Assembly (NCBI GenBank): GCA_963664405.1 | Contig: OY761158.1 | Coordinates: 640,001 to 704,000, forward strand | Direction: 5' to 3' | DNA: 64,000 nucleotides | Origin: Thermoanaerobaculia bacterium | GTDB taxonomy: Bacteria > Acidobacteriota > Thermoanaerobaculia > Multivoradales > Multivoraceae | In this document: piece by piece, positions 29,763 to 39,187 of the stretch | How the letters are laid out: each line of letters begins with the position of its first letter | How positions within the stretch are numbered: the first letter of the stretch is position 1 | Made by a program: the position numbers and the translations under genes | Notes under the pieces: generated by a model | Told to the model about the DNA's origin: nothing | Seen by the model: only the letters and a program-made list of their open reading frames with translations | Database searches by the model: none

Positions 29763-30572
29763 ATGAAGATCGGCATAGTGCTCAAAAACTCGGGTCCGGC
29801 TTCGCGGCGCGACCTGATCGAGCCGTGCGCGCGCTTCGCCGACAGCGCGGGGCTCGACTCTCTATGGGTGAATGACCACATCGCGATACCTCCCGACGAC
29901 GCCGAGGGATCCGGCGGTCGCTACCTGGACCCGCTCGCCACCCTGGCCTTCGTCGCCGGCGTGACCGAGCGAATCGGTCTCGGAGTCGGGGTGCTCATCC
30001 TTCCCTACCGGCCCTCCCTCGCCACCGCCAAGTGGGTGGCAACGATCCAGGAGCTTTCCGGCGGACGCCTTCTGCTCGGCGTCGGCGTGGGATGGATGGG
30101 AGCGGAATTTCGCGCCCTGGGAGTAGATCGCAGCAAGCGGGGCATCGCCACAGACGCGACGCTCGACTTCCTCCACCGCTGCTTCGGATCCGACCTGGTC
30201 AACGCCAACGGTCAAGAGTTTCTCTTCCTACCTCGGCCGCAACGGCCGCCGATCTTCGTCGGCGGCGCCGCACCCCACGCCTTCCGGCGCGCGCTTCGCT
30301 ACGGCGAGGGATGGATGCCGATGGGAGCCGACGTCGAGAAGCTCGGCCCCGCGATCGAAGAGCTCCACGGCGAGGCGAAAGAGGCCGGCCGGCCGGTTCC
30401 CGAAGTCATAACTTTCGCTCGCCTACCCCTGAGCGATCGCGATCGCGCCCACGACCTGTTGAAGTCACTCGAAACAGTCGGAGTGACTCGGGTGATTCAC
30501 ACCCTCGCCTACGAAGACACCGCTACCTACGAGATGGCTGTAGAAGCACTCGCAGTGCTGCAACAGCGGTGA
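29763..30572 (+). CDS. LLM-class putative F420-dependent oxidoreductase (Rv2161c-like)
   Basis: DSLWVNDH, DPLATLAFVAGVT, SGGRLLLGVGVGW. Confidence 0.88.
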   Translation: MKIGIVLKNSGPASRRDLIEPCARFADSAGLDSLWVNDHIAIPPDDAEGSGGRYLDPLATLAFVAGVTERIGLGVGVLILPYRPSLATAKWVATIQELSGGRLLLGVGVGWMGAEFRALGVDRSKRGIATDATLDFLHRCFGSDLVNANGQEFLFLPRPQRPPIFVGGAAPHAFRRALRYGEGWMPMGADVEKLGPAIEELHGEAKEAGRPVPEVITFARLPLSDRDRAHDLLKSLETVGVTRVIHTLAYEDTATYEMAVEALAVLQQR

Positions 30573-30603
30573 CAAGGCAGCACAGAAGCGAGTCGAAGCC
30601 GCA

Positions 30604-31746
30604 ATGAAGATCGTCGTTGCCATGGATTCCTTCAAAGGCAGTCTCTCCGCTCATCAAGCTAGCACTGCGGTGCAGCGTGGTCTCGAGCGCGAGATCCCCG
30701 GCGTCAGGGTCGTGTGCTCACCCATGGCCGATGGCGGAGACGGGACTGCCGCAGTCCTCCGCAACGCCCTCGACGGTCAATGGATCGAAGAAGAAACCGC
30801 CGGGCCTCTCCCCATGCAGCGTGTGCAGGCCGGCTATCTATGGATGCCGAGGCAGGGCCCGGGTGCGTTGGTCGAAATGGCATCCGCAAGCGGTCTCTCG
30901 CTGCTTGGACCCGGCCAGTTGGACCCTCTACGCACGACTACCGTCGGCACCGGCCAGCTCTTGGAGCGAGCTGCGAGAAAAGGCGCCAGGAAGCTGTGGC
31001 TCACGCTCGGCGGTAGCGCAACCGTCGACGGCGGAGTCGGAGCCGCCACCGCCCTCGGCTGGCGATTCCGCGACCACGAAGGGCTCCTCGTGGAGCCTGG
31101 TGGTGGGCACCTCGAGAACATCGTCACTCTGGTTCCACCCGAAAGGGCGACCCTGCCCGAGTGCGAGGTTCTCTGCGACGTCGACAACCCGCTGGTCGGC
31201 GAACGAGGCGCAGCGCGGATCTTCGGGCCGCAGAAGGGAGCCACCCCCGAACAAGTCAAGCAACTGGAGACCGGCCTGGAGAACCTGGCGCTGCGGTGGA
31301 GGGAGCAGCTCGGCCTCGATCTGAGCGAGACCCCGGGGGGCGGGGCCGCGGGAGGATTCGGGGCCGGTGCGATCGCGTTCTTCGGCGCCGATCTCAAGCA
31401 AGGCGGTCGAGCGGTCTCCGAGCTTACTGGGCTGGCCGAGAAGCTGGAGGATGCGAGCTGGGTGATCACCGGCGAGGGACGCCTAGATCGCCAATCTCTG
31501 GATGGCAAAGTGGTCTCAGCCGTCCTCGAGAAAGCCCTGGTAAAGGGCGTGGACGTGGCGGTCATTGCCGGTCAAGTCGCGCTTTCACCGGAGGAAGCCC
31601 TGGCGTCAGGCCTACGAGCCGCCGAGGCGGCCATGCCCACCGATCTCTCCCTCGGCCAGGCACTCGAACAAGCTGAGAGCTTGCTCGAAGGGGCGGCGCG
31701 GCGCTTCGCAAGATCCTTCCTAGAGAGCGGCTCGAACGGCAACTAG
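30604..31746 (+). CDS. glxK: Glycerate kinase (GlxK/GarK family)
   Basis: DSFKGSL, PMADGGDG, GGSATVDGG, FGPQKGA, TGEGRLDRQSLDGK. Confidence 0.9.
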   Translation: MKIVVAMDSFKGSLSAHQASTAVQRGLEREIPGVRVVCSPMADGGDGTAAVLRNALDGQWIEEETAGPLPMQRVQAGYLWMPRQGPGALVEMASASGLSLLGPGQLDPLRTTTVGTGQLLERAARKGARKLWLTLGGSATVDGGVGAATALGWRFRDHEGLLVEPGGGHLENIVTLVPPERATLPECEVLCDVDNPLVGERGAARIFGPQKGATPEQVKQLETGLENLALRWREQLGLDLSETPGGGAAGGFGAGAIAFFGADLKQGGRAVSELTGLAEKLEDASWVITGEGRLDRQSLDGKVVSAVLEKALVKGVDVAVIAGQVALSPEEALASGLRAAEAAMPTDLSLGQALEQAESLLEGAARRFARSFLESGSNGN

Positions 31747-31907
31747 ACCAGCGTTTCCAAAGTTCCCGCACATATCTCGGCCCCTTCTGCCCGCTGGCGG
31801 CGTTGCGCCTCCTCGACATATTCCCCAATATGCCTGCGTCGGCGCGCCTGGCCAGCGAACAGAATGACCTCGAGCTATGTGCACGAACGCTGGAAACGCT
31901 GGTCTAG
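31743..31907. mobile_element. 165-bp MITE-like element
   Basis: 17-bp perfect TIR CTAGACCAGCGTTTCCA / TGGAAACGCTGGTCTAG; second copy at 17301-17544. Confidence 0.8.
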
Positions 31908-31921
31908 ACCACCCGCTGTCG

Positions 31922-31951
31922 TTGACGGCCCTGAAACTCGGCGAGTACGAT
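31922..31951 (+). promoter_or_regulatory. Sigma70-like promoter, probably leaderless
   Basis: TTGACG-N18-TACGAT, 7 nt before the in-frame ATG at 31959. Confidence 0.5.
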
Positions 31952-31958
31952 GCTCCGT

Positions 31959-33047
31959 ATGCGCACACTCACCGCCGCTCTCGCTCTGTCCCTCCTTCTG
32001 CCCTTCCTCGCTAGCGCTCAGTCCGAGACTCGACGCTTTCTCTACATGGGCACGCCCGACGGTGCGCAGCAGGAAGGGCGAGCAGACGGCGCCGGCATCT
32101 TGATCTTCGACGTCGACAACGGCCACAAGCTGGTCCGGCGCATCGACATCCCGATCTTCGAAGAGGGTCTACGGGGCTTCGCCGGGAGTCTCGAGAACCA
32201 CAGCGTCTACTACTCCACGACCAACCGGCGCCTCGGTGCCTTCGACCTCGAAACGGAGAAGAAGCTCTGGGAAGAGACTTACAACGCCGGCTGTGATCGA
32301 TCGTCGATCACCATGGACGGGAAGAAAGTCTATGTGCCAACCGGCTGGTGGTATTCGGGCGACGACAGCGGGCTTCTGATCGTCGACGCCTCGAATGGCG
32401 AGCTGCTCGACCGCATCGTTGTCGGCCCCCAGGCTCACAACACCATCGTCAGTCTCGACGGGAAGCGCCTCTACCTCGGCACCGAGACCACCTTGTCGAT
32501 CTTCGATACTGCGACCGACACGATGATTCGACAGATCAAAGACGTAGGTGAACGGGGGGTGTTCCCCTATACGATAAGTAGCGACCAGAAGATCGCCTAC
32601 GTCTGTCTCGGCAATCATGTCGGCTTCGACGTCGTCGACCTGGAACAGGGAAAGCGCCTTCATCGCGTCTTCGCGGGCAACGAGAAGATCGAGCATCGCA
32701 CACACGGTGCAGGCCTCACACCGGACGAGACCGAGCTCTGGATCAGCGATCAACAGGGGGAAAAGCTCTTCATCTTCGATGCCACCGAGATGCCGCCAAC
32801 GCCGAAGGGCCACGTCGAGCTTTCGCAGGGCGGTCACGGCTGGGTGACCTTCAGTCTCGACGGAAAGTACGCCTGGTCCCACGCACCGGACGTCTTCGAC
32901 GCAAGGACCAGAGAAGTCGTCGCGACGTTGAAGGACGAGAACGGCAAGCCGGTCAGCGGATCGAAGTTCATCGAAGTCCACTTCCGTGACGGAAAAGTAG
33001 TCGCCATGGGTCACGAGTTCGCCCTCGGGCGGAAGAACCGTAGCTAG
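31959..33047 (+). CDS. Secreted YncE/YVTN-like beta-propeller protein
   Basis: Signal peptide (ASA-Q); repeated DGK.xY blades. Start at 31950 or 31959. Confidence 0.78.
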   Translation: MRTLTAALALSLLLPFLASAQSETRRFLYMGTPDGAQQEGRADGAGILIFDVDNGHKLVRRIDIPIFEEGLRGFAGSLENHSVYYSTTNRRLGAFDLETEKKLWEETYNAGCDRSSITMDGKKVYVPTGWWYSGDDSGLLIVDASNGELLDRIVVGPQAHNTIVSLDGKRLYLGTETTLSIFDTATDTMIRQIKDVGERGVFPYTISSDQKIAYVCLGNHVGFDVVDLEQGKRLHRVFAGNEKIEHRTHGAGLTPDETELWISDQQGEKLFIFDATEMPPTPKGHVELSQGGHGWVTFSLDGKYAWSHAPDVFDARTREVVATLKDENGKPVSGSKFIEVHFRDGKVVAMGHEFALGRKNRS

Positions 33048-33083
33048 GCGAGTCCTCCGATCTCGACTGAAGCGAAGAGCTCG

Positions 33084-33602
33084 ATGTACGATTTTCAGGA
33101 GCAACACGCCTATCCCGACCCCAAGCGCTTTGAAGATCTTGCGGAAGGCGACTCGTTCTACATCCCGTCGCGCACCATGACCGAGGCCCTGTTCGCGGCC
33201 TTCCAAACTGCATCCGCCGACAACCACCCCATCCACTATGACCGTGAGTACTGCCGGCGGCGGAACCATCCCGATCTTCTCGCTCACGGTTTCCAGGTCC
33301 TGATCCAGAGCGCGGCGGGCGCTGGAACCTTCGCTCACGCCGTCGGCGAGGTCCTCGTCGGGTTCATCGAACAGTCGAGCCGTTTCGTGAATCCGGTCTA
33401 CGCGGGAGATACTCTCTACCCGCGATTGACCATCACCCGGCTCGAGACCCAGCGCACCACAGGTGTCGTAACGCTCCGCTCCACGGTTCACAACCAGCGC
33501 GGAGAGCTGTGTATGGAGGGTGAGCAAAAGTACCTGCTGAAATTGGCAGCCACCCAGGGAAAAACCGAGACCGACGGTCGCGGGGCGCCCGACGATGCCT
33601 GA
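33084..33602 (+). CDS. MaoC-family (hot-dog fold) dehydratase
   Basis: SADNHPIHYD, LAHG, PVYAGDTL, NQRGE. Confidence 0.88.
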   Translation: MYDFQEQHAYPDPKRFEDLAEGDSFYIPSRTMTEALFAAFQTASADNHPIHYDREYCRRRNHPDLLAHGFQVLIQSAAGAGTFAHAVGEVLVGFIEQSSRFVNPVYAGDTLYPRLTITRLETQRTTGVVTLRSTVHNQRGELCMEGEQKYLLKLAATQGKTETDGRGAPDDA

Positions 33603-34743
33603 AAATCTGCCGGCAGAGATCCTCGCCCTTCGCGAGCAAGCGGAGCGACTCCTCGAAGAAGAGCTGACGTCAATGGAGCCGACTCTCGGCCCCGATACGT
33701 CTATCCCCATTCCACCGGAGACCGCCGAGTGGACCCGAGCCCGATCGCGAGAGGCCGGCCTCTTCACCCTCTCCCAGCCGAAAGAGCTCGGCGGCGATGA
33801 TGCAGGGGCGCTGACCCTGACCGTCCTACGCGAGACTCTCGCAGCTTCCAACCTGCGCCTCGCCGGTCTCGTTCTGGGCCCCGACCCCGGCGTTCTTCGC
33901 CACGCCGGTGGAGAGCTCGTAGAAAGCCACCTCCAACCGGTCCTTCGCGGGGAGAAGAAGGGCGCCTTCGCCTTCACCGAACCCCGCGACGCGCCCCACC
34001 CGACCTCGGCCACGCCCCAGGGGGGAGATCTCCTCGTCCACGGCACCAAGGCCTACGTGACCGGCGGCGACGAGGCGGACTTCTTCCTTACTCTCGTCCG
34101 AGTCAAGGCTGAAGGTGACAGCGCCGGCGGCACTGCGATGCTGGTGATCGACAAGGACACCCCTGGCGTCCATGTGCACGAGCGCTTCCAATCCCTCGAC
34201 GGCAGCCATCACGTCTCTCTCCATTTTCACGATGCGCGAGTTCCTCGAGCCCACATCATCGGCGAGGTCGGTGAGGGCATGCCACGCGCGCTCCGCAACA
34301 TCGGCAGTGTGCGCCTTGCTTTGTCCGCGCAAGCTTCAGGGATGTGTCTTTTCATTCTCGAGCAGACCGCACAGAGCCTCCAGCTTCCGCACCGCAGTGG
34401 AACACCCCTCGCCGAGCGTGAGTCGGTGCGGCTGCGCTACGCCGACATGCGCATCGAAGCCACCGCCGCTCGCAGCCTCCTCTACCGTACCGCCAGGCTC
34501 GCCGACACCGGCGCCAATACGGTGAACGAGACGATCGCAACTAAAGTCTTCACCACCGAGGTACTTGGCCGAGTGGTCGACATGGCGATGCAGTTGGAGG
34601 GAGGCCAAGCACTGGTTGCGGGCCACCCCTTCGAGACGCTCTACCGGCGAGCGCGAGCGATGCGACTCACCGAAGGCGCCAACGACCTACTCCGACTCCA
34701 CCTGGCCCGAGGCAAGCTGGAGCTCGGAAAGGGCACGATCTAG
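33595..34743 (+). CDS. Acyl-CoA dehydrogenase family protein
   Basis: AFAFTEP, GTKAYVTG, R..RLTEGAND. Confidence 0.88.
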   Translation: MPENLPAEILALREQAERLLEEELTSMEPTLGPDTSIPIPPETAEWTRARSREAGLFTLSQPKELGGDDAGALTLTVLRETLAASNLRLAGLVLGPDPGVLRHAGGELVESHLQPVLRGEKKGAFAFTEPRDAPHPTSATPQGGDLLVHGTKAYVTGGDEADFFLTLVRVKAEGDSAGGTAMLVIDKDTPGVHVHERFQSLDGSHHVSLHFHDARVPRAHIIGEVGEGMPRALRNIGSVRLALSAQASGMCLFILEQTAQSLQLPHRSGTPLAERESVRLRYADMRIEATAARSLLYRTARLADTGANTVNETIATKVFTTEVLGRVVDMAMQLEGGQALVAGHPFETLYRRARAMRLTEGANDLLRLHLARGKLELGKGTI

Positions 34744-34750
34744 ACCGCTC

Positions 34751-36364
34751 TTAGGGATAGTAGCCCTGAAGGGTGTGGGCCTCGAGCCCCGGTTCCTCCA
34801 ACCGCACCTCGATGGTCCGAAAGCGCTCTTCGTAGCGGGAGTTGGATGATTGGTAAGCCAACAGGTACTGAGAGCGAAGCTCGCGGTGGACTTCGGACCA
34901 GATCGACGCAAGGCCTCCTGCCCCGCGCACCAGGAAGGCACGGCCCCCGGTCTCCTCGGCAAGGCGGGCTAGCCGACCAGGGGCTCCGCGCGCATCGGCG
35001 CGCGCTACCAGAGCAAGTGTGTAAATCGGCACCCGGCTGCGCCGCGCCAGCTCGAGTGCATCGGTGAAATCGAGCCGGCTGCCTTCGTCCCGACCGTCCG
35101 AGAAAACGAAGATGGCTCGTCTTCCCGACACGCCCTCGAACCGAGCCAGCGACGAGCCCAGCGCATCGTAAAAAGAAGTCGAGCCCTTGGCCTCAAGGCC
35201 GCGAAGACTCGCCTCCAGTCGGTCGAGGTCGGACGTCCAGTCGGCGACCAACCTCGGCCGGCCCCGGAAAGTGACCACTGCAGCGCGATCCTCGGATCGC
35301 ACCGCGCTTCGAAGAAAGCGAACCGCACCTTGACGCATATCGCCGAGGTGATTATCCATCGACTCCGAGACATCGAGCAGTAGAAGAAGATGGAGCGGCT
35401 GCCGCGCCGGTGGCTCGAAGCGCAGAATCTCCTGTTCGACGCCGTCCTCCAGCAGGCGAAAAGCAGATCGCGGTAGGTCCGAGATCGGCCGTCCTCGGCG
35501 AAGCACGGTCGTGAAAGCCTCCACCCATTGCACGTCGATGCTCGAGCGCAGACCGCGAACATCGACCAGTTTCACGTCCTCGACCGGGCTGCCTGCGCCG
35601 CGGTGAGCCAGAGCCCTGACGAAACGAACAGCATTGTCGGCAAGAAAAATGCGCTGCGTCGCCGGGGATTGATAGTGCGTGGCTACGAGCGTGTCATCCA
35701 GGTAAAGCTCGACCCGCTGCACCGGCGAGCCGCCCTCGACGACAGCCTCGGCGACAAACGAACGCGTGGCGTCGAGTCGACCATCCAAGGGCTGCCGTAG
35801 AGAAACCGCAAAACGACCACCTCTGTTCCCGTCGCCGGCTGAGCCCAGCGCAGAGTCGTCGATCACATCCACTCGGGTCGGCACGACGAGCTCGACTCCG
35901 GTCAGGCCTCGCCTCCCCCTCAACCGGTCCTCGACCTCGAGAACCAAGCACCACTCCCCCGGTGGGAAGGCCCGCTGAAACGTCACTCGGTCAGCGCTGA
36001 CAAGACCCGGAACGAGCTCAAAGCGGAAGCGAAACCGATCGACGGGCTCGCCATCTCGCTCCAGTCGGCCGGAAACCTCCAAGGTCCGATGAGATGAATC
36101 GGGCTCAGTGGGCAAAACCAACCCCACTTCGGTCTGCACCCGACCCGAGCGACGGCCGACAAAGGAGACTTCAACCGACAAGTCGAGCGCTACGCCGCCG
36201 GATTCCCCTACAAGACTCGAGGGCTGCGCGCAGCCGGCGGAATCGGTGGCAATCGCCTGCACCGCACCAGCCGGCGCAATAGCGCAGAAGACCAGCGCAA
36301 AGAAGCGCCCGAGGCGGGTCGCGGACCTTCCCCTCGTACGGCCGCTTCTGCGAATCGCCGCCAT
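34751..36364 (-). CDS. VWA-domain protein (acidobacterial VWFA-related type)
   Basis: EDGVEQEI, LLDVSESM (MIDAS), TSFYDA, SDGRD, LAEETGG, ELRSQYLLAY, GYYP. Start uncertain. Confidence 0.82.
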   Translation of the reverse strand: MAAIRRSGRTRGRSATRLGRFFALVFCAIAPAGAVQAIATDSAGCAQPSSLVGESGGVALDLSVEVSFVGRRSGRVQTEVGLVLPTEPDSSHRTLEVSGRLERDGEPVDRFRFRFELVPGLVSADRVTFQRAFPPGEWCLVLEVEDRLRGRRGLTGVELVVPTRVDVIDDSALGSAGDGNRGGRFAVSLRQPLDGRLDATRSFVAEAVVEGGSPVQRVELYLDDTLVATHYQSPATQRIFLADNAVRFVRALAHRGAGSPVEDVKLVDVRGLRSSIDVQWVEAFTTVLRRGRPISDLPRSAFRLLEDGVEQEILRFEPPARQPLHLLLLLDVSESMDNHLGDMRQGAVRFLRSAVRSEDRAAVVTFRGRPRLVADWTSDLDRLEASLRGLEAKGSTSFYDALGSSLARFEGVSGRRAIFVFSDGRDEGSRLDFTDALELARRSRVPIYTLALVARADARGAPGRLARLAEETGGRAFLVRGAGGLASIWSEVHRELRSQYLLAYQSSNSRYEERFRTIEVRLEEPGLEAHTLQGYYP

Positions 36365-36554
36365 CCTGTTCCACCTGAGCAAAGGGAGTGCCAGCTCTCT
36401 TGTGGCCCCTATACCGGCCCGAAACTCAGAGTTGTCTCCACCAGGGGACAACAGCGACTCCAGACCAGGAACACATGCTGTCACGCTGAGCACTCCAAGC
36501 CGCCTCGACCGGCCATTACTCCACGACAGGGTGCTGCTAGTCTCCACCAGCGCC

Positions 36555-37160
36555 GTGCCGGAAGTCGTCTCAGTTCCCGTCTACTACGACTTCGCATCGA
36601 CGGTGTGTTATTTCACCCATCGCATCCTTGGCCGCCTCTGTGAGCCGCTGAGTAAGGCGGGTGTGGACCTCGTCTGGTCACCGATCGATCTCACATCCTT
36701 AGTGGCCTGGAGTCGCGGCGATCGATTCACTGAGGACCGATATCGCAACCTCGCACGCCTCTCAGACGAGCTGAAGGTTCCGGTTGGGGTCCCCGACCAC
36801 TGGATGGATTCTCGTCCCGCCATGGCGGTCGCGATCTCACTTCGAGGCTCGACACAGGAGGCGAGTTGGCGCGAGGCAGTGTGGAGCTGGGTCTATGAGG
36901 AGTGCCGAAGTCTCGACGAGTCGGACGCTGTCAGGACGATCGCCGCTTCAGCAAGCCTCGACGTCGGAGAGTCTTGGCGCGAGCAGCTCCAGACTCTGGA
37001 CGAGAGCACTCAGGCCGCGAAAGAAACGGGAGTCGAGGGTGTTCCGACTTTCCTGCTAGGCGTCTGGCCACTCGGAATCGGCATCCACGACGACGCTACG
37101 ATGCTGGCCTTCCTGCAACGATTCGCTGAAAAGACACGGCAGCTGCCGAAGGTCCACTAG
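36555..37160 (+). CDS. DsbA-like / HCCA isomerase-type thioredoxin-fold protein
   Basis: VYYDFASTVCY and GVEGVPTF; start reassigned to GTG at 36555. Confidence 0.75.
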   Translation: MPEVVSVPVYYDFASTVCYFTHRILGRLCEPLSKAGVDLVWSPIDLTSLVAWSRGDRFTEDRYRNLARLSDELKVPVGVPDHWMDSRPAMAVAISLRGSTQEASWREAVWSWVYEECRSLDESDAVRTIAASASLDVGESWREQLQTLDESTQAAKETGVEGVPTFLLGVWPLGIGIHDDATMLAFLQRFAEKTRQLPKVH

Positions 37161-37198
37161 CAAGCGGCGCCGGCGCGGCGGAGTTAGTATAGGCCCCT

Positions 37199-38068
37199 AT
37201 GTCTGGTGCCAAGGAAACGCTCCCCACCGCCACCTTGCACGTCGGTACCGCTGCACAGGGAAGGCTGCGCTGGGCCCTCACCGACCTCACTCCTCTGGTT
37301 GAAGAGGCTCGACTACTGCGCGACCTCTCGCCTCTCGCTGCGATCGGGCTCGGCCAACTGCTCAGCGCCTCGGTCCTCCTCACCCGGCTGATCTCGAAAG
37401 AACCTCTACGCCTGGCAATCGAGGTCAACGGCAGCGGCCCCTTGGGGAGAGTGCGGGCGGAAGCAGATACGCAGGGTCGCGTGCGAGGTCTGGTCGAGCG
37501 AAGGCGCGCCGAGCGTGGCGACGAAGCCGAGCGCGGGGCTCCGAGACTCGGCGAAGGCAGCCTTCGTATCCTCCGCCAGCTCCCTAGCCACAACCACGAC
37601 AGCCGCGTCAGCTTGGTCGAAGGCGGAGTGGCCCAGAATATCGCCCACTTCCTCGAGCAGAGTGAACAAATCCGGTCCGCCGTTCTCTTGGGTGTGATGG
37701 CGCGTTCAACCGGAGTTGTCGCCGGAGGAGGCCTCATTGTCGAAGCCCTTCCGGGGGCCGACTCAGCGCTGATCCGCCGCATCGAAGAGCGCATCGACAA
37801 GATTCCTTCGGTCGCCAGCCTCCTCGAGGGTGAAGGAGCCTGGGGTCTCCTTGGCAGCACCCTCGGCGAAGTCGAGTACAAGTCCTCAGAACAACGACAG
37901 CTCATCCTCGACTGCGAGTGCAGTCCCGAGCGCTTCCGGCTGCAAATCCGCGCTCTTCTGCGACAGGACCCCACGATTCTCGGTGACGACGAGAAGACCG
38001 AAGTGCAGTGTCAGTTCTGCGGCGCCGAATATGCTTTCGCCACCGAAGAGCTTCTGCCGATTCAGTGA
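37199..38068 (+). CDS. hslO: Hsp33 redox-regulated chaperone
   Basis: GSGPLG, QSEQIRSA, AGG.IVEALPGA, C-x-C-x29-C-x-x-C zinc centre. Confidence 0.88.
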   Translation: MSGAKETLPTATLHVGTAAQGRLRWALTDLTPLVEEARLLRDLSPLAAIGLGQLLSASVLLTRLISKEPLRLAIEVNGSGPLGRVRAEADTQGRVRGLVERRRAERGDEAERGAPRLGEGSLRILRQLPSHNHDSRVSLVEGGVAQNIAHFLEQSEQIRSAVLLGVMARSTGVVAGGGLIVEALPGADSALIRRIEERIDKIPSVASLLEGEGAWGLLGSTLGEVEYKSSEQRQLILDCECSPERFRLQIRALLRQDPTILGDDEKTEVQCQFCGAEYAFATEELLPIQ

Positions 38069-38072
38069 TCCT

Positions 38073-38927
38073 GTGCCGTTACCTACCGACAACGAAGAGC
38101 AAATCCGCTTCTGGAGCGAAGAAGCCGGGCCGCAGTGGGTGGCCGAGCAGGCACTTCTGGATCAGCTCGTAGGACCCTCTGGACTCGCCGCCATCGACCG
38201 AGCCGGTCTCCAGCCGGGACAGTCAGTGCTCGACGTCGGCTGCGGCACCGGCCAGACCACGGTCGAGATCGCGAAAAGGGTGGGAGTGGACGGGCGAGTC
38301 GTCGGCCTCGATGTCTCTGGAGTCATGCTCGAGGCAGCGCGGCAGCGCGCCAAGACGGCGGCCGTTGCCGCGACCTTCCTGGAGGCCGATGCCCAGGTTG
38401 CACCTCTCCCCCACAGGAGCTTCGACACTGTTTTCTCTCGCTTCGGAGTGATGTTCTTCTCCGACCCGAGACAAGCTTTCTCCAACTTCCGTGGCGCCCT
38501 CAAGCCCGACGGGTGCATCACCTTCCTCTGCTGGCAGGCGGTGAGCGAGAACCCATGGGTGGCCAAGCCCCTCGCGGCGATGGCGGAGTATGTACCTCTA
38601 CCTGAGCCGCCGCCAAAGAAGGCGCCGGGCGAGTTCTCTTTCTCACAGCGCGAGAGAATCTTGTCGGTTCTCTCTCGTTCCGGTTTTGTCGATATCGACC
38701 TCCACGACCTGCGTACGCCTCTGGTCCTCGAAGCAGAGCTCGCCGTGGCTGTCGACTTCTTCTCACACTTGGGGCCGGCGGCTTCGCTGCTTCGCGAAGC
38801 CGAAGAAGGAGTTGCCGAAAAGGCTAAGTCGGCGCTTGCTCGCGTGCTCGAAGCTCACCATGAGCAAGGCAAATTGACCATGGATGCCGCCATCTGGCTG
38901 GTCACAGCATGCCTGCCACAGCGATGA
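38073..38927 (+). CDS. Class I SAM-dependent methyltransferase
   Basis: VLDVGCGTG, SRFGVMFF, LKPDG. Confidence 0.88.
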   Translation: MPLPTDNEEQIRFWSEEAGPQWVAEQALLDQLVGPSGLAAIDRAGLQPGQSVLDVGCGTGQTTVEIAKRVGVDGRVVGLDVSGVMLEAARQRAKTAAVAATFLEADAQVAPLPHRSFDTVFSRFGVMFFSDPRQAFSNFRGALKPDGCITFLCWQAVSENPWVAKPLAAMAEYVPLPEPPPKKAPGEFSFSQRERILSVLSRSGFVDIDLHDLRTPLVLEAELAVAVDFFSHLGPAASLLREAEEGVAEKAKSALARVLEAHHEQGKLTMDAAIWLVTACLPQR

Positions 38928-39187
38928 GCTTGCGGTAAGCCGGCCAAGTCGTCACGGGATCGCTGGGACCCAACCGAGCCAAGTAAAATGCTACACTGCG
39001 GCCTTCGCCAAGACGGCACAGGCGCGACCGCGGCGCTCAACAGCAGAGAGGGGTCCTGGGGGGATCACTAGCCGTCCTTACGAAGCACAGGCTGCCAATC
39101 AAACCATTCGAGGAGTCCCGAGACGTTGCGTTGAATCAGCGGACTCAGCTCGACCCAATAGCAAGCACAGCATCCAAGGAGAGGATC

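Noticed and set aside
32169-34049. 626-aa minus-strand ORF (similarly 39512..40927, 48516..50057, 15172..16233, 21643..22818)
   Set aside because: These overlap well-supported genes and have no motifs; typical shadow ORFs of high-GC DNA.
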